This document shows positions 13,800-26,800 of a DNA stretch of 64,000 nt, one piece after another. Each line of letters opens with the position of its first letter. Positions within the stretch are counted from its first letter, which is position 1. The DNA is from Cenococcum geophilum (Eukaryota), in assembly GCA_050273025.1 (NCBI GenBank), contig CP158635.1:10664001-10728000 (forward strand), written 5' to 3'. A program made the position numbers and the translations under genes. The notes beneath the pieces were generated by a model that saw only the letters and a program-made list of their open reading frames with translations, did no database searches and had not been told where the DNA came from.

Positions 13800-16700
13800 T
13801 AGACGACTAGGAGTGGGAATATAAGCATAGGGTACGGCAGGACGGAGGATAAAAGAGAGGGTTATAATGCATCAGGACCAGTAGAAAGAAGTCTTTAATT
13901 TTTTATTTACTATATTTGCAACAGTCTATACAATTCTTCTAGCATTTATACAAGCCTCCCTTAAATTTATAAGAGCAATGGTGATAGGACCAATAAAGGG
14001 AATACCAGGGATGCTAGGCCTATTCTACAATAACGGCGGAGAAGAAAGTAGGCAGCCTACTAACCTACGAAGTTTTCCTAACCTAGAGGATGCGGTACTA
14101 GACCTAACTCCTACAACGTCCAGAACTAATGACCTTCAGCAAAAAGAGGACAAGAACTAGGAGGTTAACTTACCTATCCTAGGAGAAACTGCTAGTCCGT
14201 TATCTTGTAATAAACCACTAATAGAATAAGATAAGGTATATATTATAGCCCAGCCTATACTAGCTCTAGAGACTTTAGGGACTCCTTACTTTACGGGACA
14301 AAACATATTATAATTTATTAAACAATATAAGCGACTATATATTCAACACTGTATTACAGACAATAAGAAGCATTAAGGACTTCCGGAATATTGCGACTAT
14401 TAGATAGGGACCTAGATCTAAAGTCTATCTAAGTTTATTATTAGTAGATGGACGGAACTTATAAGAAAGCTTTGGACAGACTACTAAGGAAGTAACTACT
14501 TTTAACAAGTTAAGACGGTAGAATTCTTAGAAGCGTATATACTATAGTGTAAGAACAACCTACCTAGTAGTATACGCGAGTACTACAGACAATTTACACT
14601 AATTTCCTAGAAGGTTACTAAAGCTGGTAATTTAAAAAACCGTAAATAAGGATACTGGTTTATAAAAGGACTCCTATTTAAATATCGAAAATATACTATA
14701 ACTAAGACAGGAGCTAACCTGGATAGACGAGAGTCTTTTAACTTCCACCTACTAAGGAGGGCTGTAGAAGATAGGCTTAATTCGCATGAGGGCGCAAACC
14801 GTTTATTAATAATGAACCCTAAGGAGTAAGGTCTCCAACAACTAGTTAAACAATTCCACGAGCAGCAGCCGGCTATATTAAACCAGAGAGATGCTACTCT
14901 TTGGCCGCCCGTAGTCTCTTAGCTAAATAAGTCGGTAAGTGCCCGTTATATAACCTAAGAAACGGACCCTAAGCTAGAGAGCCTTACTAGTTAACTCCAG
15001 AAGCTTAATCTTGGGACGGTTGAATTGGTAAGCGTTGCATCTTTAATGCCGTTCTTTAATAGAATTCGCTAAGACCTAATACGGTATATACAGCTCCTAA
15101 ATAAGGCATTAGCGCGTTAAGAATAAGCAGGTCCGCGACTGGTAACGAATAATAATAGACTGCTGCCGTCCTATAAAGGGGCGCTATAAGAGTAATATAA
15201 GCTAGGTCTAGGAAGGTATAAAGGACTAGGAAACCCTAGTGCATACTAGGTATAAGATAAGACGTGTTATAAATGTGGAGGCCCTTATTATTTTATTAAC
15301 TAATACCTAGAGCTCTAAGAACTAGTTAGCCGGGGGTTCCTGTATATAAATAAGAACAACCAAATCTGCACTAGAACACGTTAGCGCCTAGGAAATCCAC
15401 TCCCGTATTTACCGAGCAGCTATTAAATTTAGTTCCTTAAAGACTGGCTAAGGTAGAATGCGAATATCGATCCTAATGCGATAGCAATAGGCATCTAACT
15501 AAATACGTCCTTAGTAGAGCTTATAGAAAGCAATGGCGCTAAAAGTAAAGAAGAGCTCGGTGAGTCTTGGGAAGATATATACCAAGTAGAGTCGGTATAC
15601 ATTAATCTAGTAGGAGCAGCAACCCAGTCGCAGCCTATAACACGGTTATACGATCTTAGGAAGCTAAGAGGAGATATTAGGGTAATAAAACTACCTCTAA
15701 AACCGACTGGTTCGCAACCGGCAATAGTTTAAAATATATAACTAGAAGGACATATCCAAATCGCACCACGACTATAGCGGCAGGCCCCCTATTTACTAGT
15801 AAATAATAAGGAGACTAATAAAATAGACTATGCTAAATAGCTAAGAAGAGAAGTAGAGTAAGGAACGAAAGCGACTATAACCGCTAAAGCACCGCAACTA
15901 AAGCCGGTTAGGATAATGGACATATTAAAAGGGAACGTCCTAAGCCTAACCGTAATGGCGGGCAAGATCTTATTAAAAACTATTGAAGTTACTATTGGTA
16001 ACTGCCTTGTGTATATGCCTAAAGTCGCAAGGTTATTCTTTAAGCCGCTCCCGCCACCTCTTGTAAAACCTTACCAACAAAAGTAAGAGGGCGTTAAGGC
16101 ATCTATGTTATCGGCGTACCTAACGTTTTATGCTAATTAAGCTAGCCTAACGACTATAAAGGTAGACTAGATTAAATGGGAAGCAGGATTTACCTGGTTT
16201 TAACGACAATATCTAAAGGTAAAAGTACAGATAGGAGACAAAAGGGTTAAGTGCTTAATTAACTCTAGAGCGAAGCTTAACCTTATTAAGGAAAGTGTGG
16301 CTTTATAACACGGCTTGCCGATATTAAGTCTACCCCTATAGTTGTAGGGCGTACGTCTAACGTCTATAAATGGGACTCAGTTTAAGTTTATTAGATTAGT
16401 GTATATAGCCGCTATAGTTATAGGGGACGTCTCAATATCCACGACTTTTATTGCTGTGGGAGAAATATCACATAAGGTAATACTTGGTGAGCCGTAGTTG
16501 GTAAGGGCTAGGTTAGCAACGCAGCGAACCGTAATAGGCCAGGTATCTTATATTATTTAATTAGAAGATGGCGGAGTTAAAATAAGGTTTTTAACATCCT
16601 ATAAGGACGCAATGTTCCTTAGACTAGATAAAGGAATTAGTATAGGTAGTAGTTTAGGAAACGTGTAACTGGTGCGACTGCTAGGATCGTATCTGGGGTT

Positions 16701-19700
16701 ACTTATAACCTGGTATATTAGGATAAGGAGGACGCCGAGGACAAAGAGGAGGGAAATAAGGTGCAACTTCGATAAGGACGTTTACTATTCTAGATATTCG
16801 CTAAATAGGGCAATTAACGGGAAGAAGAGCACAACGCTAGATAGAAAAAGCTCGACAGCGAAACGTTAAAGGAAGTCCTAAAGAAGCACTTGGGAGAAAG
16901 GTAGAAGCCAGTGTTTAAAGCAAAGGCTAGATCCCTTATATATTAAATGTTAAAGATAACGGATCTATTTATAATATAAATAGAAGGCTATAGGAGTAAG
17001 GCCTAACAGAACGCTATAAGTATAGCAACTGCGTATAAACAAAAGGCAGAGAAGGTCCGCCTGGTTAATTCGTCAGCACCAGATAGAACGGTTATAGGAG
17101 GAATAATAGAGTGGCGAGAAGTAGCCTTGCGTCGGCAAAAGGCGTCTATTTAAGAGTTGCCCCTTAGTCTATATAATCATTTCCTTAAGCCGCGGTATAC
17201 TAAGCTAGCCTATAGTACACGGCTAAAGCTAGAATAATTAGAGCGTGTAATTATAGGGGACCTCTAGCCAAGAGAACGAGAAATCTTTAAGGCCATATTG
17301 TTTAACTGAGAAGAGGCTCTAGTATAGGAGTTCTCTAAGATGGGTTATATTAGTAGAGACGTAACTCTACTATTAAAGATTAAGACTGTACCGTATAAAG
17401 TATAGTAAGTACCGAACTTCCCTATACCAAAAGCCCTATAAGGGGAAGTAATAAATATATTATAAGAATGACTAGCTTAAGGGACTCTAGAATATTACAA
17501 AAGCCTATATAGGAATCTATAGTTTCTTATAAGCAAAAAGGAACACAAGAAGTACCGGCTAATTAACGCGGCGATAAATATTAACTGAGTAACTATTAGG
17601 GACGTAAATCTGCCGCTATATACTAATAAGTTTTCTAAGGAGTTTATAGGGTGTAAAGTTATATCTCTAGTAGACTTCTTCTCTGGATATAACCAATTGG
17701 AGCTAGATATAGAAAGCAGGAACCTAATAGCCTTTATAACACCTCTGGGACTTCTATAACAAACAATAGTACCTATAAAAGGAACAAATTTAGTAGCCTA
17801 GTTTATAAGGATAATTACTAAGATTCTAGAGCGATATATCCCACACTATACCCTGCCGTTTCTGGATAATATTACAGTAAAAGGACCACAGACAATGTAT
17901 AATAGAGAAGAGAGCCTTTTAGGCGTGCGCAGATATATTCTAGAATATATTGTGTGGCTAAACGGAGTACTTATAGATTTGGAACGAGCTGGGTATACGA
18001 TCTTAGGCGTAAAGTCTTATTTCTATAAGGACGAGATTATAGTAGTTGGTTACCGCTGTAATGGAAAGGGGCGATATCCAAAAGAGTTAAAAGTCGCAAA
18101 GATTATTTACTGGAGAGACTATGAAGACGTTATATCTGCCCAAGCCTTTATAGGAGTTGTCGTGTATTACTAAATATGGGTAAAAGACTTCGCAATAAAG
18201 GCAGAGCCAATCTTCCGACTGCTATAAGTAAACGTTCCGTTTGTATAGGGTATAGAGCAGATAACTACTATAAAGACTCTAAAGTATGCAATTACTACTA
18301 TACCCGCGTTAGTTTAACTGGATTATAGTAAGGGGGCTAGGCTAATTGTTCTCGCCGTTAACGGATGTAAGAATGGGTGGGAATGCGGTCTTATATAACT
18401 GGACGTGTAAGGTCGTCGCCACCTATATTAATATAAAAGCGGCATCTAGTCTTAAGTGGAGCAAAAGTACGATTCAGGAAAGCTTAAATATTAGGTATTA
18501 CTGCATGCATTAAAGAAGTGTTAAGTATACCTATACGGCGTCCGCTTTACGGTTAAGACAGATATGAATACCTTAGTTACGTAACTAAATTATACTACCA
18601 CTGATTTACTAGGAGCCTTAATAACATAATAGCTAGCATAGATTTAGTTATAGGACTTCAATATTAGGCATGTTTTAGAGAAGAAGAATAGCCTAGCTAA
18701 TAGACTATTATAATAACTACTAGATGGCGAACGACCTAATAAGCCGACTAAAGATATTAAAGAGTTTATTAACTGTAAACTAAGTGCTTTAGAATATACG
18801 GCTAGCCTAGTTAAAATAGAGGTGGATCTATTACTAGAAGACTTATATTCTAGGGAGTCTTAAAAGATTATAAAATGGCTAGTAACCTTATAATGTTTAG
18901 AAGAAATAAATACTAAAGAATTTAAAAAGTTTAAACGATATACGCTGAAATTCCTAGTGTGCAATTAATAGCTCTTCCGCTAATAATCGAAAAATGTACT
19001 AATGCGAAGGGTAGTTAATAATAAGGACGCTTAGTAAGAGATTATTAAAAGCCTTTATAATCAAAGCGGATATTACGGATAAGAAGGAACATATTAGAGG
19101 ATCTTAAATTAATATTAGTGGCTAGGGCTATGGGATTAGATATTATAGTATATTAAGTCATATCTATAATGCTAGGAGCGACAGCCAAAACAGAAAGAAG
19201 AAGCGATGTACCCTATATAGAAGTCCACCTTATAGCAATAAGTAGTAGTAGATATTATGTTTATACCTTTAAGCCGTTTTAGATTCCGGTACCTGGCTAT
19301 TACTTAAGAATATATATCTAAATAGGTAGAAGCTCGGGCCCTTTAAAATAAGGATATAAAAAGTATAGCGAAGTTCCTCTATAAAGATATTATCTGCTAA
19401 TGGGGAGCATTCGGACAGCTCTCTATAGATAGTAGAGAAGAAAATACTAACGTTACTGCTACGCTCGCAGAACTCTACAATATTAAGAGGGTTGTAGCTT
19501 CCGCTTACTACGCTTAGGCGTAAGGCTTTATAGAGCGAGGCTATAAACCTATAATAGACGCTTTAGCGAAGATGGATGGCTTATAGCTAGATAATCTTTA
19601 TACCGTTTTATGGGTAGATAGGATAACTATTAAGCGGCTTATGGGAATAACACTAGTAAGAGTTATATGCGGATATAAGCATGTCTTTCCTATTAAACTC

Positions 19701-20280
19701 TGTATACCTACTTAGCAGATACTACCTTAGCAAACAGTCCAGACTACTATAGAGCTACTAGCACTTTATGTAAAGTAGTTTAACTAAAGAGACGTAGATA
19801 TAAAAGAGGCTGTTATATATAAGACGACTAAGGGTAGTAAATAAGAAGTACTTTAATAATACCTACCGCATTTGTTAGGACGGATTTAAGGTTAGAGATA
19901 TAGTTATGCTTTATAACACGCAGCTTAAGTAAGACTATTCTAGTAGTCGCAAGTTAGATCTAAAATGGCTAGGCCCGTTCTGTATATGTAAGAGTTACCC
20001 TTATAAAGGATGGTACTTAATTAAGGATCTTAATGGTACACCGTTCCGTAATTAAACTCCTAGAAATAGATTAAAGAGGTTTTATTAACGACAGATATCT
20101 AAAGTCTACTAGGAAAACCGGCTTAACTAGTTAGGCGGAACTATGCTATAAGAAATAACAGCAGAGCTAGAGCCTAAGAAAGATATACAAAATCCACCAG
20201 TATTGTAACGCCGCGTAGTTTAAGAAGTACGCGTTTTAGAAAGATCGTTTAATAGAACTAAGTATGAAATATTTAACTAG
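13800..20280 (+). pseudogene. Element D gag-pol pseudogene (start approximate)
   Basis: Zn knuckle CYKCGGP(H)...(C) ~15265; protease LI(D)S(G)A(E)L ~16255; RT SLVDFFSGY(D)QL ~17664 and PFLD(D)I ~17856; RNase H ~18340-18700; integrase ~19070-19900; no chromodomain seen. Confidence 0.9.
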
Positions 20281-20479
20281 GGGACAGTCAAGTTCTGCGG
20301 CGGGGGAGGGGATATAGATAATAGCCGTGCAATCCTTTTATTTACTGTATTTCCTAAAGCTCTTTCTATTACGCGTTTTTATTTGCTTTTTTAGTTAGGA
20401 ATTTAATGTATATTAATAGTAAGGTAAGGGTAGAAGAATGTTTGTAAATAACTATATAGTATTATTCACTGTAAAGATA

Positions 20480-23400
20480 TTAGTTCCGCTTACCGCCTTT
20501 ACTAAGCTAATAGCGATTTTCCGTACTAGGTATAGAAAATCATAATTAGTTTATTTAACGATTAGAGCTGGCAGAACTCTATACTACTACCTAAATTCGG
20601 TAGACTATTTAGATTAGGAAACCCTATTCAGAACTTTACCTTTTTGCCCTTAATAAACCTTAGAGATAGTTATAATTAGCTAAAGCAGAAACTAAGCAAA
20701 ATTAAAAATAATGGTATGCTTATTATATCTTTATCTAGCAAACCGCTGGTCCTCTATAAAGGAGCTAAGTAACAAATTAGTGACGTCTTAACGAAAGTTA
20801 GAGGCTTTGCGGTCAATTGGCGTTAAGCAGTGCTTATCTAAATCTGTGACGAGATTTTGCTCTTACGAGAAAACTACACAGATACGGCTAGTGTAGTAGT
20901 CAATTTCATTAACTAAGATAATAGACTGTAAGTATCTTTAGGAAAGGACGCATTTATATTAATCTTTAAGGATATTTTTGATGTTAGCAAAATGGCTGAA
21001 GATTAGAGAAACCGATATAATAAAGCTAGAGAAACTATCCGAAAGGCCTAGGGATAAAATGTTCTTAACGGACTACTAAAATACGCAGTCTTCTATAACT
21101 TCCTCTCCGCTATCTAAAAGCTCGTAATATACCTACTTCTTAAAGCTATAGTAAGAGTTAATAAAGCTCTAATCGATAGGCTTAAACGTCTAGGACGTGG
21201 CATTAAGAACACTACTTAACTATAGCCGACCAATTTTACGCTCGCATTTAAGATGTTAGGAAGAGCAATATTAGACTAGGTGGTGAATAAGTATAGTTTA
21301 GGAAGATACTTGACTAGCTTCCTTATTCTAAATAAGGACCTACCGCTAAGAAGTAGGAGATTAACTACTGTGGGACTAGAGGTTATTAATATTGGAATTA
21401 GATAAGTAGGAAAAAGCTTAGCTCTTATACTGCGAATATATTTATGGCATACTTCTAACATAATAAATCTCTTAGCCTTTTAGCCATTAACACCTGTTCG
21501 AGGAGGAGGCGTTAGCATTATGCTAAGCCCGTCCCAACAAGGATCGCCTATATTAGTTGACTCGCCTTTATTATCTATAAACGAGAGCATTCTTGCAGCT
21601 AGAACGCCTATTGGCTCGCCCCCGTAGCTGCTAGTATCTTCATTAAAAAGGAATCCAAGAAGGGGGCTAATAATTGCTCACCCAGAAGTAGGGGGGCTAG
21701 GAGTAGAATTAATGTTTAATAAGAACATTATTAAGCCGGGAGATAATGTAGAGTATATTAAGGAGGCTATAGATGCTATGGCGGTACTCTATACAAAATA
21801 AGGATGCGACTATAAGGATAACGTGCTAGCGTATCTTAAGGTGTCCCTAAATTAAACTACTAAAATTAAACCAATAGAGGTTATAAAGCTCTTACGCAGC
21901 TGGTATAGGGCGGCTAGTTCTAATCCGGAGATATATAAGGTCTACTAGATGTATACTTAAGCAATAGGAGGACATATGGGTTTGGCGATAAAAGGTCTAA
22001 ACTATACCGCACTATATTACAGACTCCGTTTAATATATTACGCCTATAACCACCTCGGCACTATAAAGACCGATCCCACTATATACTCCTAGTTTAGAAA
22101 GGCTTATAGACCTCTAGTTCTGTTTAATTCCTTAGGACTATATAAGTTTATTTATAACTTAGCGCTAAGGTTTTCCTACGATAGAGAGGCTTTACTTAAT
22201 TAGATAATATTACCAGAAGACTAAGAAGTATAGCAGCGAGAAGGATCCGTAATTTCGAATGTGTTTAAATAATAATAGGATTTTAGCATCTTAATAATAA
22301 TTAACAAGGAAATGTGTATATACCGCTATTATTAGCGTCTAATTAATAGGCGGCTAAATTATGGCTAGTTAAGAATGATAGTCTATAGTCTCTGCTAATA
22401 GCTAATAAGATAAGACCCTTAGTATTATTGTTTTTATTACGCCCTCAGACCTAATAGCTAGTGGTGACTTATCTCCTACCCTTATTATACGAAATTCGCA
22501 GTTAAAGGAGACTCTATAGCTTTCCGCCACATTAACGTTAATATTCCCTCGCTTCTTAAAAGTAAATACGGTGCCGATATAATCTAAGGGAGCGTTTCTC
22601 TAGATAATAAAACTAAGGATAACTATATAATTATTCTACCCGGTATATATTACCACCTAGAATTATAATAGGAAGATCTTAAGGCGTGAGGATTAACTAA
22701 AGGCGACGGATTTGTTTATAAGATCTCTAACTAAGACTAGACTACTAAAGACGTAGAAAAGTATGCGACTAACTAGGTAGCTCAGCTATATAAGAAAGGA
22801 GATATATATATAACTATGCCTTACCTTCCTTATAAAGCGAAAGGACCTTTAACTAGAACCTAGCAAACAATACTACTATAGTTTGTTAGTATTTAGGATA
22901 ATTATAATAACCTTAAGGTTACTAAAGGAGGTACTTAGGTAAAGTTGGTAAATGCGTACCAAGACTTAAGAGCGCCGCCCTATACGCCGTCTAGATATAC
23001 TAATCTCTACAGCGCAATTTTATATCGCTTCCCTATAGTAGTTAAGCTTATAGCTACCAGCGCTCTATCTAACGCCCTTTTTAGTAAACAATAATAGGAT
23101 TCTCTAGTGGTAGTTTAAGATTATAACCTTTTTCTTAATAGCAACGGGAACGAAGTTGGGAAATAGATACATTCCTACCGTTTTAGGGCCGTTAAGAATT
23201 ATAAAGATACGTTTAAGCTAATATGTGTAACTAAGATAGAACGCTTTAATAGCCGCTCTTACTTCTACTATATTAATAATAGAATCGATTCTTTAGCTGT
23301 TATAGTAGATCTAAGTAGAGTACCCCTAGTTATTATAGAAGGATAGAGTTATATGGAGTTGCCTAAAGAATTATAGGACAGAACTAAGTAAATAGAAGGG

Positions 23401-23600
23401 CGCGAAAGAGCTATATTATCTAAGAGCCGCCAATTTAAAGTCTCTTTTACTGCTTAGCTAAGTAGATAAGAACGGTCTCATTTAACCAGAACGGAGTCTC
23501 CTTGTTTGCTATCTCGGGTTTGTAGTAAGGGTAAGGAACGCATACGATTACCTACCGCGCCTTCGTTTTAAAGATAAGGAGTTTTAGAGTTTTAGAAGTT
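20480..23600 (+). pseudogene. Accessory gene inside element D with a C-terminal PhyH-like 2OG-Fe(II) dioxygenase domain, RIP-degraded (ends approximate)
   Basis: One frame ~22300-23250 reads LISYPYYTKFAVKGDSIAFRHI(D)VNIP...II(Q)GSVSLD...ILPG(M)(H)...KKGD(V)(R)ITMP(H)LP(H)(G)AKGP...(R)(R)T(M)L(P)(W)FV(G). H-x-D at 22528-22536; distal His codon (CAT>TAT) at 22831. Putative intron GTATGC..GCTAA..TAG ~20714-20780. Confidence 0.72.
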
Positions 23601-23632
23601 ATTAGGGGACAACGACTTAGGTAGGGGAGGTA

Positions 23633-23898
23633 TATAGTAGTATAATTTAGCCCCTAGATTTAATATCTAGATTAGGCATAGCTTTAGGAGAGCCTAGGCC
23701 TTATATAAGTTATATAGATCGGTCTGGAGCCCTTAGAGTTAACAATAACTTAGATAGGCACGACCGACCAGGAATATATTCTTTCCTTTCTTCTTACTAA
23801 CTGCTTTTCTACTAATTGATTATAACTAACTGACCGACCGACAGACAGATAGATAGCATTAAGACTTTCCTATTTAAGAGTGGTTATACCTTTTTACA
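23633..23898 (+). repeat. Element D 3' LTR
   Basis: Copy of 13276-13541 differing by transitions; ends TACA. Confidence 0.95.
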
Positions 23899-26800
23899 CT
23901 ATAACTATACCTAATAACTCCTTATTATAGATATAATAGTTTAGTTCCGGTAGTATTATCTTTTAACTATAGTATACTACTAGGTACTATCCATTTTTAT
24001 ATTTTTATAGGAAGCACGCTCTTAATATAAAGTCTAATATATCCGTTTTAACCACTATCTCTAGTTTTAGTTGGTAAATTTTAAGGATTAGGTCCTAAGT
24101 AAACAACTCCTTAACCTCTTTAAATAGTTTCCTTTACTCTTCTCCCTATACCTAAGGTTCTTCTTTTTTTATTAACCTTATAAATAGCTTAATATCCTTT
24201 AACTATTAAGCTATAAACCTTCTATAGTAATTATAAAACCCTAAAAATAATCTTAACTGCGTAACGTTCTCTAGTTTTTATTAATTTACTATAGCCTTAA
24301 TCTTCTTTAGATCTATACTAAGTTAGCTTAGTTTAATAATAAATCTAATAAAATCTATTTTTCTAGTAAAGAACTTGTATTTCTTAATTACTACTAGTAT
24401 CTGTTTTTCCTATAGTCTCTCTAAGACCTATTTAACGTATTCTCCGTACTCTTCCTTGCTTATTAAGTAGATAATAATAATATTAAGGTATACTATAACA
24501 AATTTATCTAAGTATTCTCTTAATATATTATTAATACGCTTCTAAAATGTTACTAGTATATTTATAAGCCTAAATTGTATAACTAATAGTTTATATAGTT
24601 CTTCCTTTAACCTAAAGGCTGCCTTCTATTTATCGCCTTCCTTAATTTTAATCTAATAGTATACCTATCTTAGATCTATCTTTATAAAGATTTATATATT
24701 ACCGATTCTATCTTAGATTTTGCTAATTAAGGGTAAAGAATACCTATCCTTCCTAGTAATGCTGTTTAACTGTTTATAGTTAATATATAGTTTAAGTTTC
24801 CCGTTCTTCTTTAGTATAAATAGTATTAGATAACCTGCTAATAACTATAATAGTCTAATATATCCCTTTTATAAGTTCTCCTAGATAAACTCTTTTAGTG
24901 CTCTCCCTTCTTCTTTAGTAAGCTTATAGATTAAAAAAACCTTAGACTTATTTCTAGTTTTAATTCTATTTTATAGTCCTATACTATATACTCTAACAGC
25001 TTTTTACTTTTTAGTAACTATAGTTTTTTACTATATTTATAGTATCTCTTTAGTATATAACTTAGTCCTTTATCTATTTCTTTATAGGTTGCCCCTACTT
25101 AGTATTATACTATTTTAGCTTATTATTACGTTTTACGGCGTTAAGTATCTCTAATATTAACCTAACCTATAATCTAATTAATCTTTAGATTATATTCCTA
25201 TAACTAAGGTATTCCTAATACTACCTTATTATTCCCTAATAGTAATATATTAAAAGACATCTTAATTTATCTTCCTTTAATAATTATCTAAATTAGTCCT
25301 ATTTTAAGATTAATAATGCCTCCTCTATAGGCTATTAGATCTCCTAAAATTATAACTAATAAATAAGGGTACTCTTTTTACCTATACGGTAGCCCCATCC
25401 TTTTAACTACTATTAGTAAGATATAGTTCCTTATTACTTTACTATCTACTAGCGCTTTAAACTATTAATCTTATTATTTAACTTATAAATTTAGGTGTTG
25501 TCTTTAAATTCCTTTAAAGGTTTAAGGCTCTACTACTAGCTCCCTTTAGTTTTATAGGCCTTTACTTTTCCTAACTATTAGCTACTAGATCCTTATATAC
25601 TTAACTTATTCTTTAGCTAATACTTTATTCGCTTTTTATTCTTAATATATTATAAATATATATTCTCTAGGCATTCCTACTACTATTATCTATCTAAGCA
25701 TTCTTCCGTAAGAAATCTTTTTAGTTAAAATATTAAGTTTCCTAACTCCTAAACTTCTACTAAATGCTAGCTGTGTATATACTTGGTATTTTTATATTAT
25801 TGCTTCTCTAGCGCCTAATATATCCTTATAAAGTATTTCCGGTTCTTTTCTTTTAGATTTTTATATATCTTATATATATTATCTATATATATAATCCATG
25901 CTAATATATAATACGCTAGGTGTTTTAGGTTAACTCTTAACTTATCTTTATTCTTAAGTTTAAACCTCTATTATATTAATCTAAACGTTATAACTTTATT
26001 CGCAGGTACTAAGATATATCTCTCACTTCTTTAGTCCTTTAATTGTTTCTTTAGATCCTTTAATATTATAATTAAGGCTCCCTTAATATAATTTATTGCT
26101 TTTTCCGTAATTAGGTGGTTCTAAATAACTCTCTTATCTAACTATATATAGAAATCTTTCTACTTGTTATTATGTCTCTACCTATACTACTTTTAGTATA
26201 GCTATTAGAGTGTATACGGCTTATCTATAAGGAAGTATCTTCTTATTACTATGTTATAATAGCCTTTTATATACTATTTCTTAAACCTAGTTAAAATCCC
26301 TAAATCCTCTTTATTTTCTAGTTTAGTAAGCTACTTAGCTCTTAGCGTACCTGCTCTTAGCCTATTAGTAATTCTTTATACTAGCGCTCTATTTTATATA
26401 TAACTTAATATACTAGAACTTATATCTAGTTTCTTTTCTTACTATATAAGGATTCTTGCTTTAAACTTATTTATAGTTTCTTACTATTTATATCTTATAA
26501 TTAAATCCTTAAAGTTCTTTTACTTCTTAATTGTAATATTGACTTTTTAATCTTTAGGCTAAATACTACGTTCCTCTAGTAAGTCTTTTAGGTTTATATA
26601 TCTATCTCCTAATCTAACTGCTGTTTATATTATAGATTCTTTAATCTATAGCAAAACTTTTTGCTTCTTACGTGTAGGTATCCTAATTTGTTCTTTAAAT
26701 TCTTAGTTCCTTAGATTCTTTAATCCTAAGCTCGCTTCTTTTTTAAGCTATGCTCTAGCCTTAGTCTAACTAGGCTTTATTAATATTCTTATCTCGTCTT

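Larger units (their letters stand above)
13276..23898 (+). mobile_element. Element D: 10.6 kb Ylt1-like Ty3/Gypsy retrotransposon with a 3' accessory region
   Basis: 266-bp LTRs 13276-13541 and 23633-23898; 4-bp TSD CTAT at 13272-13275 and 23899-23902; PBS-like tggcattccatataggga ~13548; PPT gtaggggagg ~23621-23630; the RNase H of element B rejoins across it. Confidence 0.95.

Noticed and set aside
13452..18173. ORFs 13452-13736, 13978-14160, 16672-16869 and 17895-18173 as host genes
   Set aside because: Fragments or off-frame readings of the LTR and gag-pol of element D; 17895-18173 is part of RT.
20480..23600. Env-like third ORF
   Set aside because: The position is env-like, but no signal peptide or TM anchor is evident and the motifs fit a soluble dioxygenase fold.
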